The translations under genes and the position numbers were made by a program. The notes beneath the pieces were generated by a model. The model worked only from the letters and a program-made list of their open reading frames with translations, searched no databases and was not told the DNA's origin. Positions 8,971 to 17,646 of a DNA stretch of 64,000 bases are shown here, in pieces. Source of the DNA: Patescibacteria group bacterium (lineage in GTDB: Bacteria; Patescibacteriota; Minisyncoccia; Minisyncoccales; Staskawiczbacteraceae); assembly GCA_018829965.1 (NCBI GenBank), contig JAHJTG010000016.1, positions 93,537-157,536 of the forward strand, read 5' to 3'. Position 1 is the stretch's first letter. The number at the start of each line of letters is the position of its first letter.

Positions 8971-9882
8971 ATGGATAATAAAAACAAAAAAATTATTGTT
9001 ATCGTTGGGCCGACGGCTTCTGGAAAAACCGATCTATCTATTAAACTCGCCAAAAAATTCAAGGGCGAGATAATTTCTGCTGATTCAAGGCAGGTCTATA
9101 AAGGAATGGATATTGGTACTGGAAAAGTGACCAAAAAAGAAATGAGAGGTATCCCCCATTATCTTTTAGATGTTATATCGCCTAAAAAAAGATTTGATGT
9201 TGCTCAATATAAGAAGCTGGCAGAGGAAGCAATCAATAGGATATATAAGAAAAATAAGCTTCCTTTTTTAGTCGGTGGCACTGGTTTTTACATCCAAGCC
9301 GTAATTGATAATATTTCAATGCCTAAAATTAAGCCAGACTGGAAATTAAGGAAAAAGCTGGAAAAGAAGCCTATTCCCGAGCTATATAAAATGCTGGTTA
9401 AATTAGACCCTAATAGAGCCTCTAATATTGATAAAAATAACCCCAGGCGTCTAATAAGGGCCCTAGAAATCGTTCTAAAATCAAAGAGGCCTGTGGGTCC
9501 GCTAATCCCTCAAAAACCACGATTTAAGGCATTATTCTTAGGAGTAAAAAAAGACCAAAAAGAATTAAAAAACTTGATTGAAAAACGACTATTAAAACGA
9601 CTAAAAAGCGGAATGATAAACGAAGTTAAAAAACTCCATCGCTCCGGAGTTTCTTGGAAACGATTAGAAGAATTCGGCTTAGAATACCGTTTTGTCGCAC
9701 AATACCTGCAAAAGAAATTAACTTACAATGAAATGATCCAAAAACTGGAAAAAGAGATAGAACATTACGCCAAAAGACAAATGACTTGGTTTAAGCGCGA
9801 TAAGCGAATTAAATGGATTAAGAATATAAAAGAAGCGGATAAATCAGTTAAAAATTATCTAATATTGACAGATAAAAAATAA
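8971..9882 (+). CDS. miaA: tRNA dimethylallyltransferase
   Basis: P-loop GPTASGKT, SADSRQVYKGMDIGTGK, typical length of 303 aa. Confidence 0.92.
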   Translation: MDNKNKKIIVIVGPTASGKTDLSIKLAKKFKGEIISADSRQVYKGMDIGTGKVTKKEMRGIPHYLLDVISPKKRFDVAQYKKLAEEAINRIYKKNKLPFLVGGTGFYIQAVIDNISMPKIKPDWKLRKKLEKKPIPELYKMLVKLDPNRASNIDKNNPRRLIRALEIVLKSKRPVGPLIPQKPRFKALFLGVKKDQKELKNLIEKRLLKRLKSGMINEVKKLHRSGVSWKRLEEFGLEYRFVAQYLQKKLTYNEMIQKLEKEIEHYAKRQMTWFKRDKRIKWIKNIKEADKSVKNYLILTDKK

Positions 9883-10063
9883 AGCTATATAATATTTGAA
9901 TAGAAGTAGACTATCTGAAGATAGAATTGTTATTTAAAAATTTTTTTGGAATAGGAGCGATATAATGAAAAAGAAAGTGTTCCAAATATGGTACCAAGTA
10001 TTTCTACATGAATCATTGATGCGATTCCGATCGGCGCTAATAATAGGAGAAGGTGATAAAACC

Positions 10064-10345
10064 ATGCCAAAAAAATCTTGCAGGAAGGATTGGCGAAAAA
10101 TTATTATCCTCATGCCGACAGGCGACCCTAAGACTCGTTTTTCGATTGGGTTTTATAAAGACGACATATATAAACTATCAACTGCCACCAGAAAGGTTAG
10201 AAATGGTCCATTTGGAATGAGGATGGGTCCAGAGAACTGCGGATTCTTTATAGTAAGCAATAAAAAAGATAGACGACTTGGGTTAAAGTTTGTGGAGTAT
10301 GCCGATATAGATGATAAAACTTATTCTAAATTGCCTCTTTATTAG
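10064..10345 (+). CDS. Small hypothetical protein (93 aa from the ATG at 10064)
   Basis: ggagaaggtg Shine-Dalgarno-like sequence 8 nt upstream of the ATG. The longer ORF from 9965 lacks one. Confidence 0.35.
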   Translation: MPKKSCRKDWRKIIILMPTGDPKTRFSIGFYKDDIYKLSTATRKVRNGPFGMRMGPENCGFFIVSNKKDRRLGLKFVEYADIDDKTYSKLPLY

Positions 10346-10367
10346 GTGGGATAGCATACATAGGACT

Positions 10368-10403
10368 AAAAACCAGTGCAGAATTTTTTGCTCTGGTTTT
10401 TTT
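10368..10403. terminator. Bidirectional terminator between convergent genes
   Basis: aaaaaccag...ctggttttttt stem flanked by an A-run and a T-run. Lies between the 10345 stop and the gatB stop. Confidence 0.7.
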
Positions 10404-11925
10404 ATTTGAGAATATTTTTCAACAATTTTTGAACCATTTCGGGATTAGCTTTGCCTCGGGTTTCTGCTATAACCTTTCCTGCTAAAAACTGCAAAGCATT
10501 CTGTTTTCCTTTTTTAAAGTCGTCTACTGCACTTTGGTTTTTTTCGATTACACTTTTAATCGCTTTTTCAATTTCTTTTTCGTCGCTAATCTGACTTAAG
10601 CCTTTTTCTTCAATAATCTGTGAAGGATCTTTACCAGTTTGCAACATTTGCACTAAAACTTCTTTCGCTGTTTTGCTAGTTATTTTTCCGTCGTTTATAA
10701 GAATTATAAATTCAGAGAAGTCTTCCGGAGTTATCGCGCATTCTTTCTCTGAAAATTGTTCTCCTAATAAGCCTTGTAGGTCTGTAATGATATAATTACT
10801 AGCTAATTTAATTAAAGACTGTTTTTTATCTTTTTTTGCCTCTGTTTCAATCTCGCTGATAACTTTTTCAAAATATTCTCCTAGGTCTTTGTTATCGGTA
10901 AAGATTTCTATAGATTTTGCATCCAAGTCATACTCTTTTTCAAATCTTTTTCTCTTATTCGCCGGCAATTCTGGGATTTCAGCCTGAACGCTGTTTATAA
11001 GTTGTGAGTCCAATATGATAGGTGGTATATCTGGCTCTGGAAAATACCTATAATCATGCGCTTCTTCCTTCTCCCTCTGACTGAATGTCTCCTCTTTGTT
11101 GTCATCCCAGCCACGTGTTTCCTGAATTACTTTTTTCCCGTCGTCTAAAACCTCTGTTTGCCTTTTAATTTCGTAATTAACTGCCTTCTCCGCCGCTTTA
11201 AAAGAGTTTAAATTCTTTATTTCCACCTTTGTCCCGAGTTTAGGATTTTGGACTTTCGATTTTGAATTTGTTTCGGATTTAGAATTTAGGATTTCGGATT
11301 TGAGTGGAAGTAAGCTTATGTTTACTTCGACTCTTAGTTGTCCTTTTTCCATATCAGCATCGGAAACCTCCAGATATCTTAAAATTAATTGCAGCTCCTC
11401 GGCAAAACGTCGTACTTCTAATCCTGATTTCAAATCAGGCTCTGTTACTAGTTCCATTAAGGGCATGCCTGCTCGATTATAATCAACTAAAGAATAGTCC
11501 ACGCCTTTTGGATGTAAAAGACGACCAGTATCTTCTTCTAGGTGTATCCTCGTAATTCTAATTTTCTTTAAATATAACTCTGAAAAATCTTGAGATACTG
11601 GTATTTCTAAAAAGCCTTTTTCACAAAACGGTTTATCATATTGAGAAATCTGATAACCTTTTGGCAAATCTGGATAGAAATAGTTTTTCCTATCAAACTT
11701 TGACTCTTCATTAATCTTGCAGTTTAAAGCTAATCCTGTTTTTACAACTTTTTTTATTGCTTCTTCATTAGCAACCGGAAGCGTCCCCGGGTGCGCCATA
11801 CAAATCGGGCAAATATTAAAATTCGGCTTTTTCTCATCCGGATCGTTCTTACAAGAACAAAACATTTTAGAGTTAGTTTTCAACTCCACGTGTATTTCTA
11901 ATCCTATTGTTGTTTTGTAATTCAT
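10402..11925 (-). CDS. gatB: Asp/Glu-tRNA(Asn/Gln) amidotransferase subunit B
   Basis: MNYKTTIGLEIHVEL, CPICMAHPGTLP, C-terminal GatB/YqeY domain. Contains a heptamer-array insertion at 11239-11301. Confidence 0.93.
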   Translation of the reverse strand: MNYKTTIGLEIHVELKTNSKMFCSCKNDPDEKKPNFNICPICMAHPGTLPVANEEAIKKVVKTGLALNCKINEESKFDRKNYFYPDLPKGYQISQYDKPFCEKGFLEIPVSQDFSELYLKKIRITRIHLEEDTGRLLHPKGVDYSLVDYNRAGMPLMELVTEPDLKSGLEVRRFAEELQLILRYLEVSDADMEKGQLRVEVNISLLPLKSEILNSKSETNSKSKVQNPKLGTKVEIKNLNSFKAAEKAVNYEIKRQTEVLDDGKKVIQETRGWDDNKEETFSQREKEEAHDYRYFPEPDIPPIILDSQLINSVQAEIPELPANKRKRFEKEYDLDAKSIEIFTDNKDLGEYFEKVISEIETEAKKDKKQSLIKLASNYIITDLQGLLGEQFSEKECAITPEDFSEFIILINDGKITSKTAKEVLVQMLQTGKDPSQIIEEKGLSQISDEKEIEKAIKSVIEKNQSAVDDFKKGKQNALQFLAGKVIAETRGKANPEMVQKLLKNILK

Positions 11926-12413
11926 TTTCTTTCTAAAATTACGAATGAATAATCAAACTTATTCTTTTCGTCAGCTTTATTGTCTGTTCTTTTTACTTCC
12001 CTCCATTCCTTTATATCAAATTCTGGGAAATATGTATCGCCTTCGAAACTGTGATGTATAAAGGTTAAATAAAGGCGGTTGGCTAATGGCAGAAGTTGCT
12101 TATACACCAATGCTCCTCCGCAAATCATTACTTCGTTTTCATTTTTTACCATATCTAAAAGTTCTTCTATAGAGTGCGCGACGAAGCAACCTTCTGGCGG
12201 AACATAACTTAAGTCGTTGTTTAAAATAATATTCTTTCTGCTTGGCAGGGGTTTTTCTCCAATTGATTTGAAAGTGTTCAAACCCATAACAATAGGTTTA
12301 TTCAGCGTGGTTTCTTTAAAATATTTAAAGTCGTCTGGCAGATGCCATGGCAAAGAGTTTTTGTTTCCAATCACTCTATTCTCTGCTACTGCTGATATTA
12401 TTGAAAGTATCAT
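11922..12413 (-). CDS. folA: Dihydrofolate reductase
   Basis: MILSIISAVAENRVIGNKNSLPW start. The upstream part of the ORF track covers a repeat element. ATGA overlap with the gatB start. Confidence 0.85.
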   Translation of the reverse strand: MILSIISAVAENRVIGNKNSLPWHLPDDFKYFKETTLNKPIVMGLNTFKSIGEKPLPSRKNIILNNDLSYVPPEGCFVAHSIEELLDMVKNENEVMICGGALVYKQLLPLANRLYLTFIHHSFEGDTYFPEFDIKEWREVKRTDNKADEKNKFDYSFVILERK

Positions 12414-12420
12414 ATATTTT

Positions 12421-12507
12421 ATAATTACAAGTGAAGGAGGAATATATGGAAACGAGTTTCTATATATTCCGACCGAACGACTAATTATATAAATTGCGGA
12501 GCAATTT
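12421..12507. repeat. AGCGAGG...CCGAGCGA-family modular hairpin element (variant GTGAAGG...CCGAACGA)
   Basis: ataattacaagtgaaggaggaatatatggaaacgagtttctatatattccgaccgaacgactaattatat, plus a second small hairpin. Confidence 0.7.
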
Positions 12508-13332
12508 CTAAACAGCCATTGGCGCTTTAATCGACGGATGATATTTATAGTCAACCAGCTTTATGTCTTCCATCTTAAAACTAAATATATCTTTTACTTC
12601 TGGGTTCAGCCATAATTTTGGCAAAGGATAAGGCTCTCTCGCCAACTGCTCTTTTACCTGGTCAAAATGATTTAAATAAATATGCGTGTCGCCTAAAATA
12701 TGCACAAATTCCCACGGCTCCAATCCCACAACCTGAGCCACCATATGTAAAAACAATGAATAAGAAGCAATATTAAACGGCACGCCTAAAAATGTATCGC
12801 AACTTCTTTGATACATTAACAAAGACAATTTGCCTTGAACGGAAAAAAAATGGAAAAGTAAATGGCAAGGCGGAAGAGCCATCATATCTAACTCTGCCGG
12901 ATTCCATGAAGACGCAATAATTCTTCTGTCTCCAGAATTTTTTTTCAATTGAGAAATAACATTGCTTATCTGATCTATCGGCACATCAGTATAAGGCGAC
13001 CTCCAGTTTCTCCATTGAACTCCATAAACTCTGCCCAAATCTCCCTCAAACTTTGCTTTTGGCTTCCAATAATCTGCATTAGCATTGCCATCCCAAATAT
13101 GACAACCTAGTTTTTGTAACTCTTTTACATCACTGCTTCCAGATAAAAACCAAAGTAATTCTGCTTTCATTGATTCAAATGCTAATTTTTTTGTTGTCAC
13201 TGCAGGAAAACCGTCTTTCATATTAAATCTCATCGGAACTCCGAAAATAGCTCGAGAACCAACTCCAGTTCTGTCAGGTCTATCAACACCCTCATCCATT
13301 ATTTTTTTTAAAACATCTAAATATTGCTTCAT
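12508..13332 (-). CDS. thyA: Thymidylate synthase (ThyA type)
   Basis: 274 aa. DRTGVG, PPCH (LPPCHLLFHF), DTHIY motifs. Confidence 0.95.
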   Translation of the reverse strand: MKQYLDVLKKIMDEGVDRPDRTGVGSRAIFGVPMRFNMKDGFPAVTTKKLAFESMKAELLWFLSGSSDVKELQKLGCHIWDGNANADYWKPKAKFEGDLGRVYGVQWRNWRSPYTDVPIDQISNVISQLKKNSGDRRIIASSWNPAELDMMALPPCHLLFHFFSVQGKLSLLMYQRSCDTFLGVPFNIASYSLFLHMVAQVVGLEPWEFVHILGDTHIYLNHFDQVKEQLAREPYPLPKLWLNPEVKDIFSFKMEDIKLVDYKYHPSIKAPMAV

Positions 13333-13340
13333 GTTTTTTT

Positions 13341-13400
13341 AATTATAATTTCTAGCGAGGGAGGAATGAAAATAAATTTTCATTCCAACCGAGAGACAAA
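13341..13400. repeat. AGCGAGG...CCGAGAGA-family modular hairpin element
   Basis: aattataatttctagcgagggaggaatgaaaataaattttcattccaaccgagagacaaa. Confidence 0.7.
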
Positions 13401-13401
13401 A

Positions 13402-14106
13402 TTATATTAATTTTTTTAAAAAAATTAATATTTTTTGATTTATTATTTCCGGTGACAATAACTCACTTTTATCCAAACATTCCACAACTTTAAAATCCTT
13501 TGGAAATTCTTTCGCTGCCGTTAAATAAGAATTAAGAGCGTTTTTTAAATGACTTCTGTCTTTTTCGTGTATATCTTGTTTTTTACTACTTCCCAAATAA
13601 GCTTTTCTTCTGTTTTGTTTATCTTTATCTGTTATGTTGTGTGCTAGCTTTAAAGAAAACTCTGGTGACGTTTTCAAAATAAACGTACAATCCGGCTTTG
13701 GTATTTTAAAAATATTATATTCTAAATTATACAACCAATTTACATATTTCTTCCATTCTTTTTTGCTTTTTATCTTTCCTCCTTGATGCCCAATATTTGA
13801 AACTAAATACCTGTCCGAAATAACAATCTTGCCTTCGTTTAACCATTTTTTAATTTTAAAACTAGCGTCATATCTATCACAAGCATAAAAAATAGAGGGA
13901 ACATAAGCCCCCACTTCTTCTGAGCTCCCGTATTTACCTGTTAAGTAATCATCTACTAATGCCGAGGATCTTTCTCCATGTTGTGGAAAATCAATTTTTT
14001 CTACTTTATATCCTTTATCTTTAAAATACTCAATCGCCAATTTTGCCTGAGTGGCTTTGCCACACCCATCAATTCCCTCGAAAACAATAAATTTTCCTTT
14101 TTTCAT
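13402..14106 (-). CDS. tmk: Thymidylate kinase
   Basis: FIVFEGIDGCGKATQ P-loop, DRY motif (SDRYLVS). Confidence 0.85.
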   Translation of the reverse strand: MKKGKFIVFEGIDGCGKATQAKLAIEYFKDKGYKVEKIDFPQHGERSSALVDDYLTGKYGSSEEVGAYVPSIFYACDRYDASFKIKKWLNEGKIVISDRYLVSNIGHQGGKIKSKKEWKKYVNWLYNLEYNIFKIPKPDCTFILKTSPEFSLKLAHNITDKDKQNRRKAYLGSSKKQDIHEKDRSHLKNALNSYLTAAKEFPKDFKVVECLDKSELLSPEIINQKILIFLKKLI

Positions 14107-14198
14107 AATTATGAGCGAGGAAGGGATATATGGAAACTCGTTTCCATATATTCCGACCGAGCGATTAACTATATAAACGGCTTCGCCGTTTATATAGT
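14105..14198. repeat. AGCGAGG...CCGAGCGA modular hairpin element (best-preserved copy)
   Basis: ataattatgagcgagg-aagggatatatggaaac-tc-gtttccatatattcc-gaccgagcga-ttaactat, then the perfect hairpin actatataaacggc-ttc-gccgtttatatagt. Confidence 0.75.
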
Positions 14199-14812
14199 CA
14201 TATTTTTTTTAAATATTCATTATAAACTATTTGCATCCAAACACTGTGACTTATTTTGTCACCCGACAAATCTTTTAAGCCTATCATCATTCCATCCATT
14301 TTATCGGCTTCTTTCACATTAATATTCGAGCTATCCCCCACGAAATGATAGACTAATCCTAAATGCACTTGCTCCACTGATCTTGATTCGTCGTTTATTA
14401 TACCGATTAATTTTTTTTGTATTAAATTACCTTGAAAATTAACTTCTTCATTCCACTCTCTCATCATACCAACCTCTAAAATATTCTTACCCCTATCGCC
14501 ATCTTTTTTGTTTATGTGTCCACCAACTCCTAGCTGATAATCATTATTAACTAATCTTTGATCGCCAGCTGCTTTTAAATACTTGTAAGCAAAAAATTGG
14601 TCTTCAAAACTAAAAAGGATATATGGAATTATCTGCTGAAAAGAAGAATCATTTTCCATATCTCCCCTTCTTTTAAATTGGCTTTCCTTTTTTATTAAAT
14701 CGATATAATAATCCAAATTATCAGTTTTCAATCCTTGCCACTTCCCATTTTTGAAAAGAATTTCTGATTTTATGACCAATACCTGCTCGTCCTCTTTTTT
14801 TATTTTTTCCAT
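14198..14812 (-). CDS. Hypothetical protein with a degenerate Nudix-like box
   Basis: GGHINKKDGDRGKNILEVGMMREWNEEV resembles the GX5EX7REUXEEXGU box. Sits inside the dTMP cluster. Confidence 0.45.
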   Translation of the reverse strand: MEKIKKEDEQVLVIKSEILFKNGKWQGLKTDNLDYYIDLIKKESQFKRRGDMENDSSFQQIIPYILFSFEDQFFAYKYLKAAGDQRLVNNDYQLGVGGHINKKDGDRGKNILEVGMMREWNEEVNFQGNLIQKKLIGIINDESRSVEQVHLGLVYHFVGDSSNINVKEADKMDGMMIGLKDLSGDKISHSVWMQIVYNEYLKKI

Positions 14813-14875
14813 TGTTCTTAATTATTATCATAAATTATTCAAAAGTAAAAGGGCTCATTTTTTGAGCCCTTTTAT

Positions 14876-15274
14876 CTAATCAATTTTCATCCATTCAAAT
14901 GAACCCGAGAAATAAGCACCACAATTTTCGGAGCAGTCAAATTCATATATATTTCCTACATGTTTTAAATTGCCGTAACTTCTTGCGCCTCTTGAAAAAA
15001 TGGGCTCTATTTTTGTTAACCTGATATGCCCTTTATTACAAAACGGACAAAAAACTTCGGTAACTTTCCCAACAGAACGGTCATCGCAAGGATCACCCAT
15101 ATCTAATTCTTTGATAAGAAAATCCTTATAGAGAATAATTGACTTACTTCTATTCCCGAAAGGAGAGACCATACCCATTTCGTGAGGTTCAAACTTTTTA
15201 GGAAATTCAATTTTCTTTTGACCGGAACAATCTTTCGGCAAATGCTGTTCTGGAAGGTCGCTATTGTCGTTCAT
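14876..15274 (-). CDS. Hypothetical small protein with putative zinc-ribbon cysteines
   Basis: CPFC...CSENC pattern. 132 aa. Confidence 0.4.
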   Translation of the reverse strand: MNDNSDLPEQHLPKDCSGQKKIEFPKKFEPHEMGMVSPFGNRSKSIILYKDFLIKELDMGDPCDDRSVGKVTEVFCPFCNKGHIRLTKIEPIFSRGARSYGNLKHVGNIYEFDCSENCGAYFSGSFEWMKID

Positions 15275-15310
15275 CTTTATACCTCCTTTTTCAGTTTTAA
15301 AAGTTCTTTT

Positions 15311-15841
15311 TTATTTTAAATTCTCTTTTATATTCCTGTCTGCGCCATACTGATATTTATCGTCATAAATATCTTTTTCCCGCCACTCTTTAATCCAATC
15401 ATCTACTATAAATATTTTAAGCTCACCTTTGTTAGTATGACAAATTACCCTATCCAAACCTGCGTTTATAATCATTCTTTTGCAAAAAAAACAAGGGAAA
15501 GAATCATTTTTTTCCCCGTTTTTTGGATTTAAACTATGAATATATATATCTCCGCTTAAAAGACTTACTCCAGCACGAGCAGCATTAATTATAGCGTTCA
15601 TTTCCGCATGAACGCTTCTACAAACCTCATAACTTGTGCCATGAGGAATTTTAAATTTATCTCTTAGGCATTCTCCCCTTTCTAGACAATCTTTAGTTTT
15701 TCTCGGAGCGCCAATATATCCCGTGGCAATAATTTGATCGTCTCTAACGATTATTGCTCCACACTTATGCCTAAAACAGGTGCTTCTATCACCAATTTCT
15801 TTAGCAATCCCTAGATAGTATTGATCTTTAGATGACCTCAT
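15311..15841 (-). CDS. Deoxycytidylate (dCMP) deaminase
   Basis: HAEMNAI and PCFFCKRMIINAG zinc-binding motifs of the cytidine/dCMP deaminase family. Confidence 0.85.
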   Translation of the reverse strand: MRSSKDQYYLGIAKEIGDRSTCFRHKCGAIIVRDDQIIATGYIGAPRKTKDCLERGECLRDKFKIPHGTSYEVCRSVHAEMNAIINAARAGVSLLSGDIYIHSLNPKNGEKNDSFPCFFCKRMIINAGLDRVICHTNKGELKIFIVDDWIKEWREKDIYDDKYQYGADRNIKENLK

Positions 15842-15908
15842 AGTTTAGGTTTTAGGTGTTAGGGTTTAGGGTCTAGTTAATTATACGCTAAACGCTATAC
15901 CTTATACG

Positions 15909-16334
15909 CTATTCGCTTATTTCAATACCCATATTCTTGGCCGTACCTGCAATAATCTTCATTCCTTGCTCAACATCATTAGTATTCAAGTCTTCTAATT
16001 TCTTCTGGGTTATTTCTCTTAATTGGGCTTTTGTAATCTTGCCAACTTTTGTTTTATTCGGAGAACCAGAGCCTTTTTCAATCCCAGCTGCTTTTTTCAA
16101 TAATTCTGATGCTGGTGGCTTTTTTAATTTAAAGGTGTAAGTTCTATCAACATAAATTGTGACTTCTACTGGAATAATAAAACCGGCTTGGTCTTTTGTG
16201 GCATCATTAAATTTCTGACAGAATTCAGAAATATTCAAACCATGAGTAGCTAAAGCTGGTCCTACTGGAGGAGCTGGGTTAGCTTTTGCAGCTTGTATCT
16301 GAAGTTTTACTATAGCTTTTACTTGCTTTGGCAT
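15909..16334 (-). CDS. rplK: 50S ribosomal protein L11
   Basis: [35 protein letters not shown]. Start moved to the second Met of the ORF. Confidence 0.93.
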   Translation of the reverse strand: MPKQVKAIVKLQIQAAKANPAPPVGPALATHGLNISEFCQKFNDATKDQAGFIIPVEVTIYVDRTYTFKLKKPPASELLKKAAGIEKGSGSPNKTKVGKITKAQLREITQKKLEDLNTNDVEQGMKIIAGTAKNMGIEISE

Positions 16335-16450
16335 AAATTTTATCAGCATTAATCCGCCAAAATCAGTATTAATCCGTGGTCTGCAATTGAAGTATTATTA
16401 ACCGCGGATTTATGCTGATACGACTGATTTATACGGATTTTTGTGTAATT

Positions 16451-16996
16451 TTAAAGTTTTTTAATCTGTAATGAGTCAAGCTCCACCGGAGTATCTCGAC
16501 CGAACATATTTACTAATACTTTTATCTTTCCTCTTTCTGCATCAAGCTCTGATATCTTTCCGTCAAAACCTTTAAACGGGCCGTCGGTAACCTTAACCAT
16601 TTCTCCGACTTCGACATCAATCTTGAAATTAGGCTCTTTAACTTCCATTCTTTTCATCAAATAGTCCACTTCTTCTTTTGAAACTGGGAGAGGCGTAGTA
16701 CCGGCTCCGATAAATCCTGTTACTCTCGGAGTATTTCTAACTACATACCAAGAAGCATCAGTAACAACCATTTCAACTAAAACATAGCCGGGATAAATCT
16801 TTTCTTCTATTGTTTTCCTCTTTCCATTTTTAATTTTAATCTTCCTTTCTTTTGGAACAATAACATTAAAAATCTTGTCTTCCATACCTAAACTCTCAAT
16901 CCTCTGTTTTAGGTTCTTGGCAACTGCATCCTCATAGCCTGAATAGGTATGAATCACATACCAGTTTTTACTTTGTTCAACTACTTGTTTTGGCAT
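16451..16996 (-). CDS. nusG: Transcription termination/antitermination factor NusG
   Basis: NWYVIHTYSGYE NGN domain and C-terminal KOW (VKVTDGPFKGFDGKI). Confidence 0.93.
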   Translation of the reverse strand: MPKQVVEQSKNWYVIHTYSGYEDAVAKNLKQRIESLGMEDKIFNVIVPKERKIKIKNGKRKTIEEKIYPGYVLVEMVVTDASWYVVRNTPRVTGFIGAGTTPLPVSKEEVDYLMKRMEVKEPNFKIDVEVGEMVKVTDGPFKGFDGKISELDAERGKIKVLVNMFGRDTPVELDSLQIKKL

Positions 16997-17017
16997 ACAC
17001 TTTTTGTTTCACAAAAG

Positions 17018-17149
17018 AAACTCTAAATTCTAAGCTCTAAACTCTAAACAATATCAAAACTCTAAATTCAAATAATTAAAACGTTTTTAGATTTTGAATA
17101 TTTAATATTTGGATTTATTTAGGATTTAGGATTTGGGATTTAGGATTTT
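17018..17149. repeat. Arm-inverted heptamer arrays (CTCTAAA-type arm, then TTTAGGA-type arm) forming a ~130-bp imperfect palindrome
   Basis: Left arm 17018-17074, right arm 17084-17149. Fills the secE-nusG spacer. Confidence 0.7.
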
Positions 17150-17156
17150 ATTAATA

Positions 17157-17366
17157 TTATTTATATAAGATGAATCTCTTAATTAATTCCGTAAAAATAT
17201 AGTCCAAACCGCCCAAGAAAGCAGCTGCCACAAAGGTAATTAAAATTACAATCATTGTGTATTTAAAAAGTTCCTGGCGGTTCAACCAATTAACTTTTCT
17301 GAGTTCTATATATACTTCCTTCAAAAAACTTTTAGTTTTAGCTGGAATATTAGAAATTTTGATCAT
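17157..17366 (-). CDS. secE: Preprotein translocase subunit SecE
   Basis: 69 aa. KEVYIELRKVNW motif plus a single C-terminal TM helix. Classical position upstream of nusG. Confidence 0.8.
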   Translation of the reverse strand: MIKISNIPAKTKSFLKEVYIELRKVNWLNRQELFKYTMIVILITFVAAAFLGGLDYIFTELIKRFILYK

Positions 17367-17515
17367 GCCCAGTATATCATCTTCCAGACAACCAAAAAAT
17401 TATATTATTTATTTGGTTAAATGGATTAATTATTATAGTATCTACATACCCAGAACCAACTTCTTATCTTTTTGTTTGATGCGAATTAAGAATACTGGAA
17501 GTTGTATTACTGGGC
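17367..17515. mobile_element. Foldback (MITE-like) element, copy 1 of 2
   Basis: Terminal inverted repeats gcccagtatatcatcttccag and ctggaagttgtattactgggc (17/21 complementary). Shares termini and the internal ttggttaaatgRattaa with 49547-49691. Confidence 0.6.
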
Positions 17516-17565
17516 ATGTTAAAATTATATTAAGATTTTGGCTAAAAGTCAACGAATTAAGGTAA

Positions 17566-17587
17566 TTAAAAACGGCCGCGAGGCCAT
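17566..17587 (-). terminator. Rho-independent terminator after the NUDIX gene
   Basis: Minus strand reads atggcc-tcgc-ggccgt followed by TTTTT. Confidence 0.55.
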
Positions 17588-17646
17588 CTATTTCTAGATT
17601 AGCCGAGATGATAAAAGAAGTCAATGCTTTTAAAATACTTGTAAAT

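Noticed and set aside
9965-10063. The longer N-terminal extension of the small ORF (start at 9965).
   Set aside because: The internal ATG at 10064 has a clear GGAGAAGGTG ribosome-binding site and the upstream ATG has none. Even the short version remains a low-confidence gene.
17257-17624. ORFs 17257-17565 (plus) and 17442-17624 (minus) upstream of secE.
   Set aside because: They cover the foldback element and the terminator hairpin. The translations are low-complexity and the two ORFs overlap each other on opposite strands.
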